Origin: Candidatus Daviesbacteria bacterium
GTDB taxonomy: Bacteria > Patescibacteriota > Microgenomatia > Daviesbacterales > UBA10151
Direction of reading: 5' to 3'
Length of the DNA: 64,000 nucleotides
NCBI GenBank assembly: GCA_016187025.1
Contig: JACPKM010000001.1
Location: 245,688 to 309,687 of the forward strand
Positions within the stretch are counted from its first letter, which is position 1; each line of letters begins with the position of its first letter. Positions 1 through 9,195 of the stretch are shown in pieces. The notes under the pieces are model-generated. The model worked only from the letters and a program-made list of their open reading frames with translations, searched no databases and was not told the DNA's origin. A program made the translations under genes and the position numbers.

Positions 1-888
1 ATATCAAGAAGAGAGCCAGTAAGAAAGATTTTAGTAAACCTGCTCAAAAAAAGCTTGTCTCCAAGAAAAGTAGGTAGAAATACCAGATTAGGTATTGAAG
101 AGGATCATCTGACAGTAGCCGAATATAGGGCTTTGCAAAAAGAATTTAGAAATATTGATAACTTTGATATGAGTTTGTCTAGAATAGTAAAAAATAACTT
201 GGAAATAGAGAATATAAGGAAAGCTTGTCATCTGGGAGATGAAGCATTTTTGCATGTAATCAAGAAAATAAAACCTGGTATAGCAGAGCTGGAACTGGTC
301 TTTGAGCTGGAAAATTATATTAGAAAAAGCAGAGCGGATATATCCTTTAAAACAATTGTAGCTTTTGGTAAAAACTCAGCTTATCCTCATCACCAAGCAG
401 GCTTAACAAAGTTTGAAAATACTCCAGGCCAAATTATTCTGATGGATTTTGGAGTTAAGTTAAATAGCTATTGCTCTGATATGACAAGAACAGTATTTTT
501 TGGAAAACCTTCTACTAAACAGGAAAAGCTTTATGAAACTGTATTAGAGGCACAAAAAAAGGCGGTAGATTTTATAAATTCAAAGATTAAATCAGGTAAG
601 GCTATAAAGTGCGCAGAAGTAGATAAAATTGCCCGGGGTTTTATAACTCAAAAAGGCTATCCGTCTATCCCGCACTCTCTAGGACATGGGATAGGACTTG
701 AGGTTCATGAGCACCCAACCCTTTCACCTAAAAGTAAGGATTATTTACAAGAAGGGATGGTTTTTTCTATAGAGCCCGGGATATATATCCCAAATTTTGG
801 AGGAGTAAGAATAGAAGATCTATTTGTTTACGAAAGTAACGGACTCATACAAACTACAAAATCTTCTAAAAATTTGACAGTCATTTAG
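1..888 (+). CDS. Xaa-Pro aminopeptidase / M24B metallopeptidase, 5'-partial (frame open to window start; TTG at 55 is only an internal candidate start)
   Basis: Pita-bread fold motifs in the translation (HSLGHGIGLEVHEHP, MVFSIEPGIY, GGVRIED); no stop codon upstream in frame back to nt 1, and the N-terminal creatinase-like domain is missing, so the gene probably starts before the window. Confidence 0.75.
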   Translation: MSRREPVRKILVNLLKKSLSPRKVGRNTRLGIEEDHLTVAEYRALQKEFRNIDNFDMSLSRIVKNNLEIENIRKACHLGDEAFLHVIKKIKPGIAELELVFELENYIRKSRADISFKTIVAFGKNSAYPHHQAGLTKFENTPGQIILMDFGVKLNSYCSDMTRTVFFGKPSTKQEKLYETVLEAQKKAVDFINSKIKSGKAIKCAEVDKIARGFITQKGYPSIPHSLGHGIGLEVHEHPTLSPKSKDYLQEGMVFSIEPGIYIPNFGGVRIEDLFVYESNGLIQTTKSSKNLTVI

Positions 889-900
889 GAGAACAGCTGG

Positions 901-1446
901 TCATCTTTGGTAAAAGTAAAAACTTCCTGCACCTTTAATATCTTTTGATAAATCAAATTCATTGAATAGGTCTAGTTTTTTGTATGGTTTCCAGTTTGTA
1001 AAATGAAAAGTTTGGGTAATCACAATTGCTCTTTTAGGTAATTGGTTTCTAAGCTGTTTTTCAAGGCGGCTTACTCCTTTTGGAAGAAGATAAATATATA
1101 CAATATCTGCATCCTGGTAGTTTTTTGAAAATACATTTCCATGCAAGAATCTAGCATTAGATAAATTTAGCTTTTTTGCAACAATCTTTGAATAAACTAT
1201 TCTCAAAATTGATTGTTCAATACCAATACTTTCTGCACCCAGTTTTGCAGCTTCTATAACTACCCTGCCATCACCAGATCCCAGCTCATAGAATTTTTTA
1301 CCTTTTTTTACACCAGCAGTATTTAATATCTTTTTTAGCAGCTCTATTTTAGTTGGAACATATGGAGCATCAGATCCAGCAAACCATGAGATAGCTACCA
1401 GGCAACCAACCAAAAGACCACTTGAGATTGTTAGTATAAGCTCCAT
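901..1446 (-). CDS. class I SAM-dependent methyltransferase with N-terminal membrane anchor
   Basis: Motif I ELGSGDGRVVIEAAKLG (GxGxG) followed by acidic motif II region; hydrophobic N-terminus LILTISSGLLVGCLVAISWF. Confidence 0.6.
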   Translation of the reverse strand: MELILTISSGLLVGCLVAISWFAGSDAPYVPTKIELLKKILNTAGVKKGKKFYELGSGDGRVVIEAAKLGAESIGIEQSILRIVYSKIVAKKLNLSNARFLHGNVFSKNYQDADIVYIYLLPKGVSRLEKQLRNQLPKRAIVITQTFHFTNWKPYKKLDLFNEFDLSKDIKGAGSFYFYQR

Positions 1447-1455
1447 TTTTACATT

Positions 1456-2502
1456 TTATCTACTTAGAAGTTTTAGTAGAAATACCTTAACAGGGGTTAG
1501 TTTATCAACAAAAGTGAATAGCCAATAAAGAGGCCAGTTTAGTACAAGGTCATATGTGCCGATATATTCTACTAACTCTCCACCATAGCCTTGTTTGAAG
1601 CGATGAAAGCCATACCAGGGGTCTTTGGAGTCAGCACTCGGGCCCAGTGCTCCCCACATATCAAATTGTTTTAAGTTTAATTTTTTGCCAAGTCTTATTG
1701 CTTCCCAAGCTACTAAGTTATTTGACATTACTTCTTTATATTCAGTACTTGATCCACCATAGGGATAAAATAATGTATCCTTAAAATTTAATAACATCCA
1801 GGCTGTTAAGGGCTTGTTTTTGTAAAACCCAATCAAAAGCCTTGCCATCCCCGCCTTTTTTAAAGTATCCCAGATTTGTTTGTGATAAGAAGTATTGTGA
1901 CCATGGTAGTTTTGCCGTTTTGTAGTATCAAAATATAGTTTTAAATACATATCAAATGCTTTATCATCCATCCGCTCCTCAACTACTACACCGCGTTTTT
2001 GGGCCAGTCGGACATTATAGCGGGTTTTTGAATGCAGATTTTTGAATAATTCACCCTCTGTTTTATCAAGGCTTAATACGAAATTATATTTAGTAAAAAG
2101 AGGTTTAGGAGACTTGATGAATTGAGAATTGACAATGGAAAATTGAGAATTTTGATTTCTTTTTTTGTCCATTGCCCATTGTCTATTGTCCATTTCTATA
2201 TTTGGTTCAATTTTAATAAAAGCACAGTTTTTATCCTTGGCAATTTTTATTAATGCATCCGCTAAATCCTTATCAGGAAATGGACCTTTTGGTAAATATC
2301 CAACAGACTGGTTTACAAAGGGAATCTTATGAAAAGTTATCTGAAATGCTTTTACCAATTTTCCATTCCTGGACAGCCCATATCTTTCCAGTGGAGTACC
2401 CAAGCTTATTCTAGCCTCTCCCCATTCCCATGATTGCATAACATGAGTAATAACTAAGTTATAACTTTTTCTATCTTTTTCAGATAAACTTTTTAAATCC
2501 AT
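1456..2502 (-). CDS. FemAB-family peptidoglycan interpeptide-bridge aminoacyltransferase
   Basis: 348 aa; global pattern typical of FemX/MurM family (two GNAT-like halves, conserved Y/W/K-rich segments, FYPYGGSS...); adjacent to other cell-wall genes. Confidence 0.55.
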   Translation of the reverse strand: MDLKSLSEKDRKSYNLVITHVMQSWEWGEARISLGTPLERYGLSRNGKLVKAFQITFHKIPFVNQSVGYLPKGPFPDKDLADALIKIAKDKNCAFIKIEPNIEMDNRQWAMDKKRNQNSQFSIVNSQFIKSPKPLFTKYNFVLSLDKTEGELFKNLHSKTRYNVRLAQKRGVVVEERMDDKAFDMYLKLYFDTTKRQNYHGHNTSYHKQIWDTLKKAGMARLLIGFYKNKPLTAWMLLNFKDTLFYPYGGSSTEYKEVMSNNLVAWEAIRLGKKLNLKQFDMWGALGPSADSKDPWYGFHRFKQGYGGELVEYIGTYDLVLNWPLYWLFTFVDKLTPVKVFLLKLLSR

Positions 2503-2545
2503 GAAGCTATTATATCAGTGGGTGAGGTTGGATTAGAATAGTATT

Positions 2546-3271
2546 TTAAAAGATCTTAATATCAGCTTGTTGTTTTAATTCTTGGAACTTTTGGGAAAAG
2601 ATTTGAGATACTTTTTGTTGTTTGATTAACTTCTCAGCTTCCACTTTTTGAGTAGCAGATTCACTGGCTGTTAATAGGGCTGAGTTTTGTTCAATAAATT
2701 TATCAACTTCTTCAGCAGACACAGTTGCTTCATTGGCATATAATTTTTCGACTGTTAGCTGAAGTTTAATTTGGTCTTTTAAGCCTTCTTTAGTTAAATT
2801 TTGTTGGGTCAGTAAGCTTTCAAAAGTCTCTTGTCCTCCAACACTTGTAATCAATTCTGAAATTTTGTTGTCTACTTCTTGGGAGGATACAGTGACATTT
2901 TGTTTTCTCGCAGCATCCAAAATAAGTTTTTCATTAATAATCTGGTTTAAAGTTTGGCTTCTATACTGCGCGTTCATTTTATTCAAAAGCTCAAAATTGG
3001 TAATTGGGCTACTATTGACAGTTCCTGCCACAAACCACTCTTTTTTCCAGAGTCCCAGAATTATCAGCGCCAAAACTACCAAAACTAGATAACCTCTTTT
3101 ATCCAGCTTAACTTTTTTTATATTATTTAATCTTTCTAAAATTTGATTGAGGAGGTTTTGACTAGCGTCTTTTTGCGTTAGTTCAGGTTTTGATTGCTTT
3201 ACAGTTTTTGGTTTTTGACTTATTTGCGCAGTAGTTGCGTTTGTCTTTGATTTTTGAGTTTTTCTTGCCAT
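2546..3271 (-). CDS. membrane-anchored SurA-N-terminal-domain-like chaperone (no PPIase domain)
   Basis: Basic N-terminus, single TM (LVLVVLALIILGLW), then SurA_N-like helical region (NFELLNKMNAQYRSQTLNQIINEKLILDAARKQNVTVSSQEVD). Confidence 0.45.
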   Translation of the reverse strand: MARKTQKSKTNATTAQISQKPKTVKQSKPELTQKDASQNLLNQILERLNNIKKVKLDKRGYLVLVVLALIILGLWKKEWFVAGTVNSSPITNFELLNKMNAQYRSQTLNQIINEKLILDAARKQNVTVSSQEVDNKISELITSVGGQETFESLLTQQNLTKEGLKDQIKLQLTVEKLYANEATVSAEEVDKFIEQNSALLTASESATQKVEAEKLIKQQKVSQIFSQKFQELKQQADIKIF

Positions 3272-4145
3272 GTGGCCGATAATAACACAGCAGTTTTTAT
3301 TAATGCAAGATATCAGATATAATAAAATAGTGCATTTCTACTTTGCTCAGTGTTATAATCAAAAAGGTTTTGCCCAACCCTTTTTGATTATTGCAGTTTT
3401 AATACTTGTGGCTTTTGGAGTTTACCGATTAACAACTCCTCTTTCTACCTCTAACCCCCCAAGCACCCTAAGCTCCCCAACTGTCCCCGATGTGTCCGAG
3501 TTTAATAATTATTCAAATGAGTCTCTGGGGTTTTTATTTAAGCATGCAAAGAATCTAGCAGTTAAGCAAGACTCAGAGGAAGAATTTAATAAAAGAGAGA
3601 ATGGGGATTTCAGGAAAAATTTTAAAGGATATGTGATGTATGAGCCGGCTCAAGTCTTAGGAGCGGTAACTGTGTTAGAAAAGGATAACTCTTTTGATTT
3701 AGCGCCGTTTTCTGTTTGGGTTTTTGACAATTCTGAACAGTTAAATAGCTCTCAATGGTTTGAAAAGTACTGGTTTTATCCTTATCTTTGGGGAGTTTTT
3801 TCAGAGCCAGATAAAGGCCATATCAGGCCTGAAAAAGAGGCTACAGTATCCGGACAAACTGTTAAATATTCAGTAGTTTCATATCAGCCCGGTTCCCCGA
3901 AATATATCTTGATTTCACAAAACCAACGGATATATTTGCTAAGGGTGGTAGGTGGTGAGGGAGAGAAGATTTTACAAAGCTTTAAATTTGGGGGGAGTCA
4001 AGATAAGACTGCTTATACCTGTCCACAGAATGGTTGGGAAAATTGTATGCCCGTTTTGACGCCTGAAAGTCAAAAGCAGTGTAGTGAAGAAGCTTTGAGT
4101 TGGAAAAAAATAAACTGTTCTAATTTCAAAGGGGCGGCTTATTAG
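3270..4145 (+). CDS. hypothetical membrane-anchored secreted protein (true start probably internal, e.g. MQDIRY...)
   Basis: Long ORF with N-terminal TM (FLIIAVLILVAFGVY), Pro/Ser/Thr linker, W/Y-rich extracellular part and C-terminal cysteines; no recognisable family. Confidence 0.45.
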   Translation: MWPIITQQFLLMQDIRYNKIVHFYFAQCYNQKGFAQPFLIIAVLILVAFGVYRLTTPLSTSNPPSTLSSPTVPDVSEFNNYSNESLGFLFKHAKNLAVKQDSEEEFNKRENGDFRKNFKGYVMYEPAQVLGAVTVLEKDNSFDLAPFSVWVFDNSEQLNSSQWFEKYWFYPYLWGVFSEPDKGHIRPEKEATVSGQTVKYSVVSYQPGSPKYILISQNQRIYLLRVVGGEGEKILQSFKFGGSQDKTAYTCPQNGWENCMPVLTPESQKQCSEEALSWKKINCSNFKGAAY

Positions 4146-4153
4146 ATGTTATA

Positions 4154-4249
4154 ATGATAATAACAACAGTTGGTGGAGCATATTATTTTTGTAAATCCCA
4201 AGCCACAAAACCTCAGTCACAAAACCCTGAATTTGTAGGCTGGTATTGA
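4154..4249 (+). pseudogene. 31-codon remnant resembling the N-terminus of the downstream secreted protein gene (5100..5726)
   Basis: Translation MIITTVGGAYYFCKSQATKPQSQNPEFVGWY matches GIVAGGAYYFGKSQVAKPQQQN of the 5100 ORF; nucleotide similarity about 75% over 60 nt (4172-4232 vs 5163-5222). Confidence 0.4.
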
Positions 4250-4268
4250 AGGTGCTATACTTCATAGC

Positions 4269-4676
4269 ATGATAGACGATAAACTCATTTCACAAATTCA
4301 GCAGGCTCTATCTAAAGAACCTAAGATCAAATTGGCCTATGTTTTAGGTTCTACTGTTAGCGGAAGAGTAAAAACCGACAGCGATTTTGATTTAGCAGTA
4401 GTGACAGATGATAAGGCTCAGGTAAGTTACGATCAGATCTATCAGCTAATCTCCGGTTTAAGTTTTCCTAAAGATTTAGATTTATCCATAGTTGATAAAA
4501 ACTCTTCCCCGCTTTTTTTATTTCAAATTACCAGTACAGGCGAGTGTGTTTACCAAAAATCTGATACTGAGGGAATTGCTTTTGAAGCGTATGCTATGAA
4601 AAATTATTATGATACTGCTCACTTAAGAAGTATCTACTCCTCTTATCTAAAAGAAAGGTTTCCGTATGCCCATTAA
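4269..4676 (+). CDS. mntA: minimal nucleotidyltransferase, MntA-type antitoxin
   Basis: GS-x9-13-DxD nucleotidyltransferase motif (LGSTVSGRVKTDSDFDLAVV); overlaps the downstream HEPN gene by 11 nt. Confidence 0.75.
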   Translation: MIDDKLISQIQQALSKEPKIKLAYVLGSTVSGRVKTDSDFDLAVVTDDKAQVSYDQIYQLISGLSFPKDLDLSIVDKNSSPLFLFQITSTGECVYQKSDTEGIAFEAYAMKNYYDTAHLRSIYSSYLKERFPYAH

Positions 4677-5088
4677 TAAAACTCTGGTTTTTAAAAAGCT
4701 GGATTTCTTAAATAGCTATCTTCATAAAATAGAGAGTATGGATTTTAGCGAGGAAGCTTTTGTGGAGGATGCTGATATTCATGATCTGATAGTTTTTCGG
4801 TTGCAGCAGGCGGTAGAAACATGTATTGATATAGCAGCACATATTATTGCTGGTCTGGATGCGCCACAAAAAGAGACAGCAAAAGATGCCTTTATATTCT
4901 TAGGTGAGAAGGAAATTATAGATGTTGATTTAGCAAAAAGAATGGGCCAGGCAGCAGATTTTAGAAATAGGGCAGTCCATGGATACAATAATTTTGATTA
5001 CAGGTTACTCTTTAAAGATTATAGAGAAGACCTAAAAGATCTCCGCCAATTTGGAGCAGAAATAATTAAATATCTGGAAGGCGTATAA
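4666..5088 (+). CDS. hepT: HEPN-domain (DUF86) HepT-type toxin
   Basis: R-x4-6-H HEPN motif (FRNRAVHGY); 140 aa; coupled to the upstream nucleotidyltransferase gene. Confidence 0.75.
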   Translation: MPINKTLVFKKLDFLNSYLHKIESMDFSEEAFVEDADIHDLIVFRLQQAVETCIDIAAHIIAGLDAPQKETAKDAFIFLGEKEIIDVDLAKRMGQAADFRNRAVHGYNNFDYRLLFKDYREDLKDLRQFGAEIIKYLEGV

Positions 5089-5099
5089 AGCTGGAATTT

Positions 5100-5726
5100 A
5101 TGCAAAAAGGACAAACAGCCGTTCTGGTTGTGTTGGGAATACTAATCTTGGGAATTGTCGCCGGCGGAGCGTATTATTTTGGAAAATCCCAAGTCGCAAA
5201 ACCACAACAGCAGAATGCTGTAATTACTTCTCAAACCTCACAGCTAACTCCTGCCTCAAGTCCTAGTCCGGTTGATGAAACAGCCAATTGGAAAGCATAT
5301 AAAGATTCAAAATATGCATATTCATTTAAGTACCCTAATACTTGGTATCTTGTATCTGTTGAAGGAGATCAAAAACTTTATAATGTGCCTCCGGAAACTG
5401 CTGGCCCAGCTTACGAAATTTCTTTTTTTGTTGCTCCCATTAGTAGGGGAATTAATCTATCAGACCGAATTGGGGCCGGAAAAGAAGTGGCGGATAAAGT
5501 GTTTGAGGAGAAAACGGGTGATTATAATTTAGGTAATGTATCGGGTGCTAAGATAAAGACCGAAGTACTAAGTGGTAGTCAAACAGACGCTGTTCCTACG
5601 ATAGGTGTAAAAATTGCTCTGAATACGTTGGAGGTTTTATATGTTGAAATGATATGTACTGAAAGCAACTGCACTACCATCGATGAATTATTTGATCAAA
5701 TTCTTTCAAGTCTTCGGTTAAAGTAG
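5100..5726 (+). CDS. hypothetical secreted protein with N-terminal signal anchor
   Basis: TM AVLVVLGILILGIVAGGAYYF, then S/P/Q-rich linker and a W/Y-rich globular domain; unassigned family. Confidence 0.5.
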   Translation: MQKGQTAVLVVLGILILGIVAGGAYYFGKSQVAKPQQQNAVITSQTSQLTPASSPSPVDETANWKAYKDSKYAYSFKYPNTWYLVSVEGDQKLYNVPPETAGPAYEISFFVAPISRGINLSDRIGAGKEVADKVFEEKTGDYNLGNVSGAKIKTEVLSGSQTDAVPTIGVKIALNTLEVLYVEMICTESNCTTIDELFDQILSSLRLK

Positions 5727-6413
5727 ATAGATATCCACAAATCTTGCACTCCAGCCGGCTGTGCGGGCATCATTAAATCCTAAGTCTATAATATTTCCTT
5801 TGATTGCTCCACCAGTGTCACCGGCAACAGCTTCTCCATACCCCGGGATATAGACTTTAGATCGCATTGGTATAACTTTCGGATCAACTGCAATTACTCC
5901 TTTTCCAGCCCTCATTCCAATTGCAGTCCACTCATCACAACCTGGGCATTTTGAATCATAGTGTGTTGCATAAACTCTCATTTTCTTCCAGTATTTAATC
6001 TCTCCATCTGCAGTGCTCAAAGTTTTCCAAACAATTTTTGTTCCTCTCGATATTTTTTTATCTTTTGCTGGGGTAGTATCTATTGATACAACCTCCCGGT
6101 TATATTCTTTGTTGTCATAGTAGGTAATCTTGATTATCTTTACTTTTTTCCCAGCTCCTCCTTCTTCTAAAACTTTTTCTTCTCCTGCTTCTGTTTCTGG
6201 GTCGTCTTCGTAAACGGTTTTTTTGGGAATAATCTCAACATTCTCCTCTAGTTTGTCTGTAAATCTAGATTGAGTTTCAAGTGGTTGATATGCAGGAAGC
6301 TTATGATCACCTTCCTCGATACTGGCCTGAACTGGAGGTGGGAAGATTGGCCAGATGAATCTGGCTGTTAAAAGCAAAACTGCTATCAGAAAAAATCCCC
6401 AGTATCGGTCCAT
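5718..6413 (-). CDS. G5-domain plus 3D (RlpA/MltA-like double-psi beta-barrel) domain cell-wall protein
   Basis: N-terminal TM, acidic linker, G5-like segment (KKVKIIKITYYDNKEYNREVVSIDTTPAKDKKISRGTK), C-terminal 3D domain (ATHYDSKCPGCDEWTAIGMRAGKGVIAVDPKVIPMRSKVYIPGYGEAVAGDTGGAIKGNIIDL). Confidence 0.6.
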   Translation of the reverse strand: MDRYWGFFLIAVLLLTARFIWPIFPPPVQASIEEGDHKLPAYQPLETQSRFTDKLEENVEIIPKKTVYEDDPETEAGEEKVLEEGGAGKKVKIIKITYYDNKEYNREVVSIDTTPAKDKKISRGTKIVWKTLSTADGEIKYWKKMRVYATHYDSKCPGCDEWTAIGMRAGKGVIAVDPKVIPMRSKVYIPGYGEAVAGDTGGAIKGNIIDLGFNDARTAGWSARFVDIYLL

Positions 6414-8281
6414 TAGCTATTTAGCCAGTCATCTGCATCAATCTGACTGATATCAGAATCGATTATATCATCTGAATTCTTAAAATCACTGTAATTGGTG
6501 TTGCTGATTATTAGCTTCTCTGGAATATCAGACAAAAACCTGGAAACCAAGTTATTTGATCTTTGGCCAAAATATAACCTTTGTCTTGTATAGGTTAAAA
6601 AAAGCTTTTCCTTTGCCCTTGTGATGCCAACATAGCAAAGTCTTCTTTCTTCTTCCAGTTCATTCGGATCAAGCATTGAACGGGAATGGGGAAATAACCC
6701 CTCTTCCATTCCTATCATAAATACAATGGGAAACTCCAGTCCCTTTGCACTGTGGAGAGTCATTAAAGTCACAGCATTCACTTCCTCTTTTCCTTTTAAA
6801 GCTTTTTTAGGCAGGTTACCATTTTCAACCAGCGCGGCATTTTCTAAAAATTCAATTAAATTAGGAAACTCTTCCGCAACAGAAAGTAGCTCTTTGACAT
6901 TTTCTACTCTGCCTTTTCCCACCTCTGTTCCATCATCTATATATGCTAAATACCTGGTTTTTGATAAAGCTTTTTCAAGCAGTTCTCTGGTTGTATAAGA
7001 TGTTGGATTTATAGCAATTTCTTGGTAAATTTCTAAAACCTGAGAAAGTCTACCTTTGCCAATTTTTTCAGCGCGTTTTAGGGCAACAGAATCTTGAGGA
7101 TTTTGCAAAAGCCTAAGGTAGGACAGAATGTCCTTAATCTCTTTTCTTTCATAAAATGAAACCCCGCCAAATAACTTATATGGCACACCAGACCTTAAAA
7201 ATTGTTCTTCCAAAGCACGGGATTGTGCATTAGTTCTATAAAGCACTGCGTAATTCGACAACCTTTTTTTGTCTATTTGGGAAAGAATAAATAGCGCTTC
7301 TTCTACCTCATTTCTGGTTTCAACTATCTCAATTTTTTCTCCGCCATCTTTGTCAGTCCACAGTTTTAAAATCGGATGAGTTCTATTTTTGGAAATGATT
7401 GCATGGGCTGCATCCAAAATGTTTTGAGTAGAGCGGTAGTTTTGTTCCAGATAGAAAATTTTTGCGCCGGGATAATCCTTTTCAAAATTAATTATATTTC
7501 GGTAGTCTGCGCTTCTGAATGAGTATATCGACTGGCTGGCATCTCCAACCACACAGATATTTTTGTGACGGTTTGCTAAATACTTGGAAATTAGGTATTG
7601 CGCCGGGTTTGTATCCTGGTATTCATCTATTAAGATATATTGAAATTGTATTTGGTAGCGTGTAAGAATTGTTGGTTCTGCCTGAAACAGGCGGATGGTT
7701 TTTAATAAAAGATCGTCAAAATCTAAAGCCTGGTTTCTTTCTAAAATCTTTTGATATTCCAAATATATTTTGGCTACAGTTTCCTGGAAAAAGCCTCGGG
7801 CATATTGAGGATATTCGGTTGCAGAAATCAGTTCGTTTTTTGCACCAGAAATAGTGCTTCTTACAGCATAAGGTGAGGTTTTTTGAATAGGGATTTTTAA
7901 ATTACCCATGGCTTCTTTGATAGCATCCAGTGCGTCTTTTTCATCATAGATTGCAAAACCCGGGGGAAGCCCCAACACTTGTCCTTCACGGCGAAGTATT
8001 TTGGCACAAAATGAATGAAATGTTCCCATAACAGGTAAAGTGGGTAAATCGCCGATTAATTTTTTAATTCTTTTAATCATCTCGCCGGCTGCTTTATTGG
8101 TAAAAGTTAAGGTTAAGATATTTTCTGGGGAGATCTTTTTTTCAGCAATAAGATATGCAACACGATATGTTAAGACCCTCGTTTTTCCGGATCCTGCCCC
8201 GGCCAAAATTAAACAAGGTCCTTCTGTATTTTTGACAGCTTCCTGTTGTTCGGGATTTAGATCATCAAGAAGAGCAGACAT
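6413..8281 (-). CDS. pcrA: ATP-dependent DNA helicase PcrA/UvrD family (start probably at M13, MSALLDDLNPEQQEAV; ORF track extends to 8317)
   Basis: Walker A LILAGAGSGKTRVLTYR, helicase motifs throughout (DEYQDTN, VGDASQSIYSFR, TLHSAKGLEFP, GITRAKE). Confidence 0.85.
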   Translation of the reverse strand: MSALLDDLNPEQQEAVKNTEGPCLILAGAGSGKTRVLTYRVAYLIAEKKISPENILTLTFTNKAAGEMIKRIKKLIGDLPTLPVMGTFHSFCAKILRREGQVLGLPPGFAIYDEKDALDAIKEAMGNLKIPIQKTSPYAVRSTISGAKNELISATEYPQYARGFFQETVAKIYLEYQKILERNQALDFDDLLLKTIRLFQAEPTILTRYQIQFQYILIDEYQDTNPAQYLISKYLANRHKNICVVGDASQSIYSFRSADYRNIINFEKDYPGAKIFYLEQNYRSTQNILDAAHAIISKNRTHPILKLWTDKDGGEKIEIVETRNEVEEALFILSQIDKKRLSNYAVLYRTNAQSRALEEQFLRSGVPYKLFGGVSFYERKEIKDILSYLRLLQNPQDSVALKRAEKIGKGRLSQVLEIYQEIAINPTSYTTRELLEKALSKTRYLAYIDDGTEVGKGRVENVKELLSVAEEFPNLIEFLENAALVENGNLPKKALKGKEEVNAVTLMTLHSAKGLEFPIVFMIGMEEGLFPHSRSMLDPNELEEERRLCYVGITRAKEKLFLTYTRQRLYFGQRSNNLVSRFLSDIPEKLIISNTNYSDFKNSDDIIDSDISQIDADDWLNS

Positions 8282-8328
8282 GGTGCATATCTTAACACCA
8301 GGACTAGCTTTTGACAAAAGCTAGGACA

Positions 8329-8479
8329 CCCGCTACTTACCACTTAGTCCAAAAGAAATTTATATCACGAAGAGGTCCTGCGACGTCTATCAAATTGCGC
8401 ATACAAAACAGCCTCCCGTACATCAGTAAGGGAATGCCCTAAGGATTCCAGTATACTGGCTCCTATATTTTCACCTTCC
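8329..8479. repeat. left copy of a ~150-bp imperfect direct repeat (about 85% identity to 9865..10017); contains the 3' end of the Clp_N gene plus downstream spacer
   Basis: Direct sequence comparison of the two stretches (shared ...atcacg(a/g)agagg..ctgc(c/g)a...tatcaaat(t/c)gcgcatacaaaacagcctcccgtaca...ggctcctatattttcaccttcc). Confidence 0.7.
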
Positions 8480-9021
8480 AGTACCAGACCTAAGAGAAGG
8501 TGTTCCCCTGTGGTCTGTAGATGTTCTAATCTTTGTGCCGCATATCCTGCATGTTCTATAACTGTTCTTGCTCGTGGTGTCAAACCAGGAAACCCTTGTG
8601 TAGGTCTATCGCCTCGTTCAATCATAAATTCTACTGCACTGTGAACCTTTGCTTTATTCACACCAAGATCACTAAGAATTGGTGCTGCCGGGCATCCTTC
8701 GTGAAGCATTGCCAAAATTAAATGTTCAGTACCTATATATTGATGATTAAAGCTTTTTGCTACTTCAAAACAATCAAGTGTAAGTGTTGCTTGGAGATCA
8801 AAAGAAAAATCCCTTCCTCGAAATTCCGGATATAAAAAATCAAATAACTGCCTTACGGCTTCAGGATCTCTGTCAGTAGTAGTTGCTAAAAGCTCTTCCT
8901 GCCGAAATTTTCTATAAGTACCACGAGCTGCCTCAAGCTGCCCTATCATTAACTCTCTCTCGCCTTGAGGAATATCCCCTCTAGTAAGTATCCTATCACC
9001 AGCTTTGATCCATTCTCGCAT
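8365..9021 (-). CDS. Clp N-terminal-domain repeat protein (double Clp_N repeat, no AAA+ module)
   Basis: Two Clp_N repeats (YIGTEHLILAMLHE... and TGEHLLLGLVLEGENIGASIL); local GC about 48-50% versus about 35% for neighbours. Confidence 0.65.
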   Translation of the reverse strand: MREWIKAGDRILTRGDIPQGERELMIGQLEAARGTYRKFRQEELLATTTDRDPEAVRQLFDFLYPEFRGRDFSFDLQATLTLDCFEVAKSFNHQYIGTEHLILAMLHEGCPAAPILSDLGVNKAKVHSAVEFMIERGDRPTQGFPGLTPRARTVIEHAGYAAQRLEHLQTTGEHLLLGLVLEGENIGASILESLGHSLTDVREAVLYAQFDRRRRTSS

Positions 9022-9094
9022 ATGTAGTCGAATGCTAACTCACTATAAGTCATTTGTCAATACTATGCCATATATCTTGTTTTATTGTACCTTC

Positions 9095-9195
9095 GAAATA
9101 CCACGAGTGTAAACTCGTGGATGAAGAAGGTTCCGACAAAGTCGGACTCACCGAAGGTGAGAACAAGAGGATACCACATGCGTTAGCTTGTGGTA
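9095..9195. ncRNA. candidate structured RNA / leader: cluster of four GC-rich hairpins
   Basis: Stem-loops at 9101-9120 (CCACGAG-TGTAAA-CTCGTGG), 9133-9145 (CCGAC-AAA-GTCGG), 9147-9161 (CTCACC-GAA-GGTGAG) and 9174-9193 (CCACA-N10-TGTGG); lies between the Clp_N gene start (minus) and the brnT promoter (plus); no T-tract, no match to tRNA/tmRNA/SRP consensus by eye. Confidence 0.25.

Noticed and set aside
2865-3092. Antisense or overlapping short ORFs from the six-frame track that lie inside well-supported genes. Examples: 2865-3092, 4779-4988, 5272-5532, 6726-6998, 7669-7854, 8040-8324, 8533-8721, 9203-9511, 10061-10243, 10807-11109, 11789-12025, 12488-12703, 12755-13042, 13771-14064, 14896-15165, and many later ones within lepA, dnaK, pnp, ftsK, alaS, the 755-aa gene, rpoB, rpoC, rpsL and fusA.
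   Set aside because: Each lies within or antisense to a longer ORF with clear family motifs, has low-complexity or atypical composition, and has no motif of its own. They are treated as frame artefacts.
3270-3340. Start codon of the 3270 ORF (MWPIITQQFLLMQDIRY...).
   Set aside because: The first about 20 codons overlap the convergent start region of the 2546-3271 gene and look non-native. A downstream start before the TM segment is more plausible, so only the ORF body is asserted.
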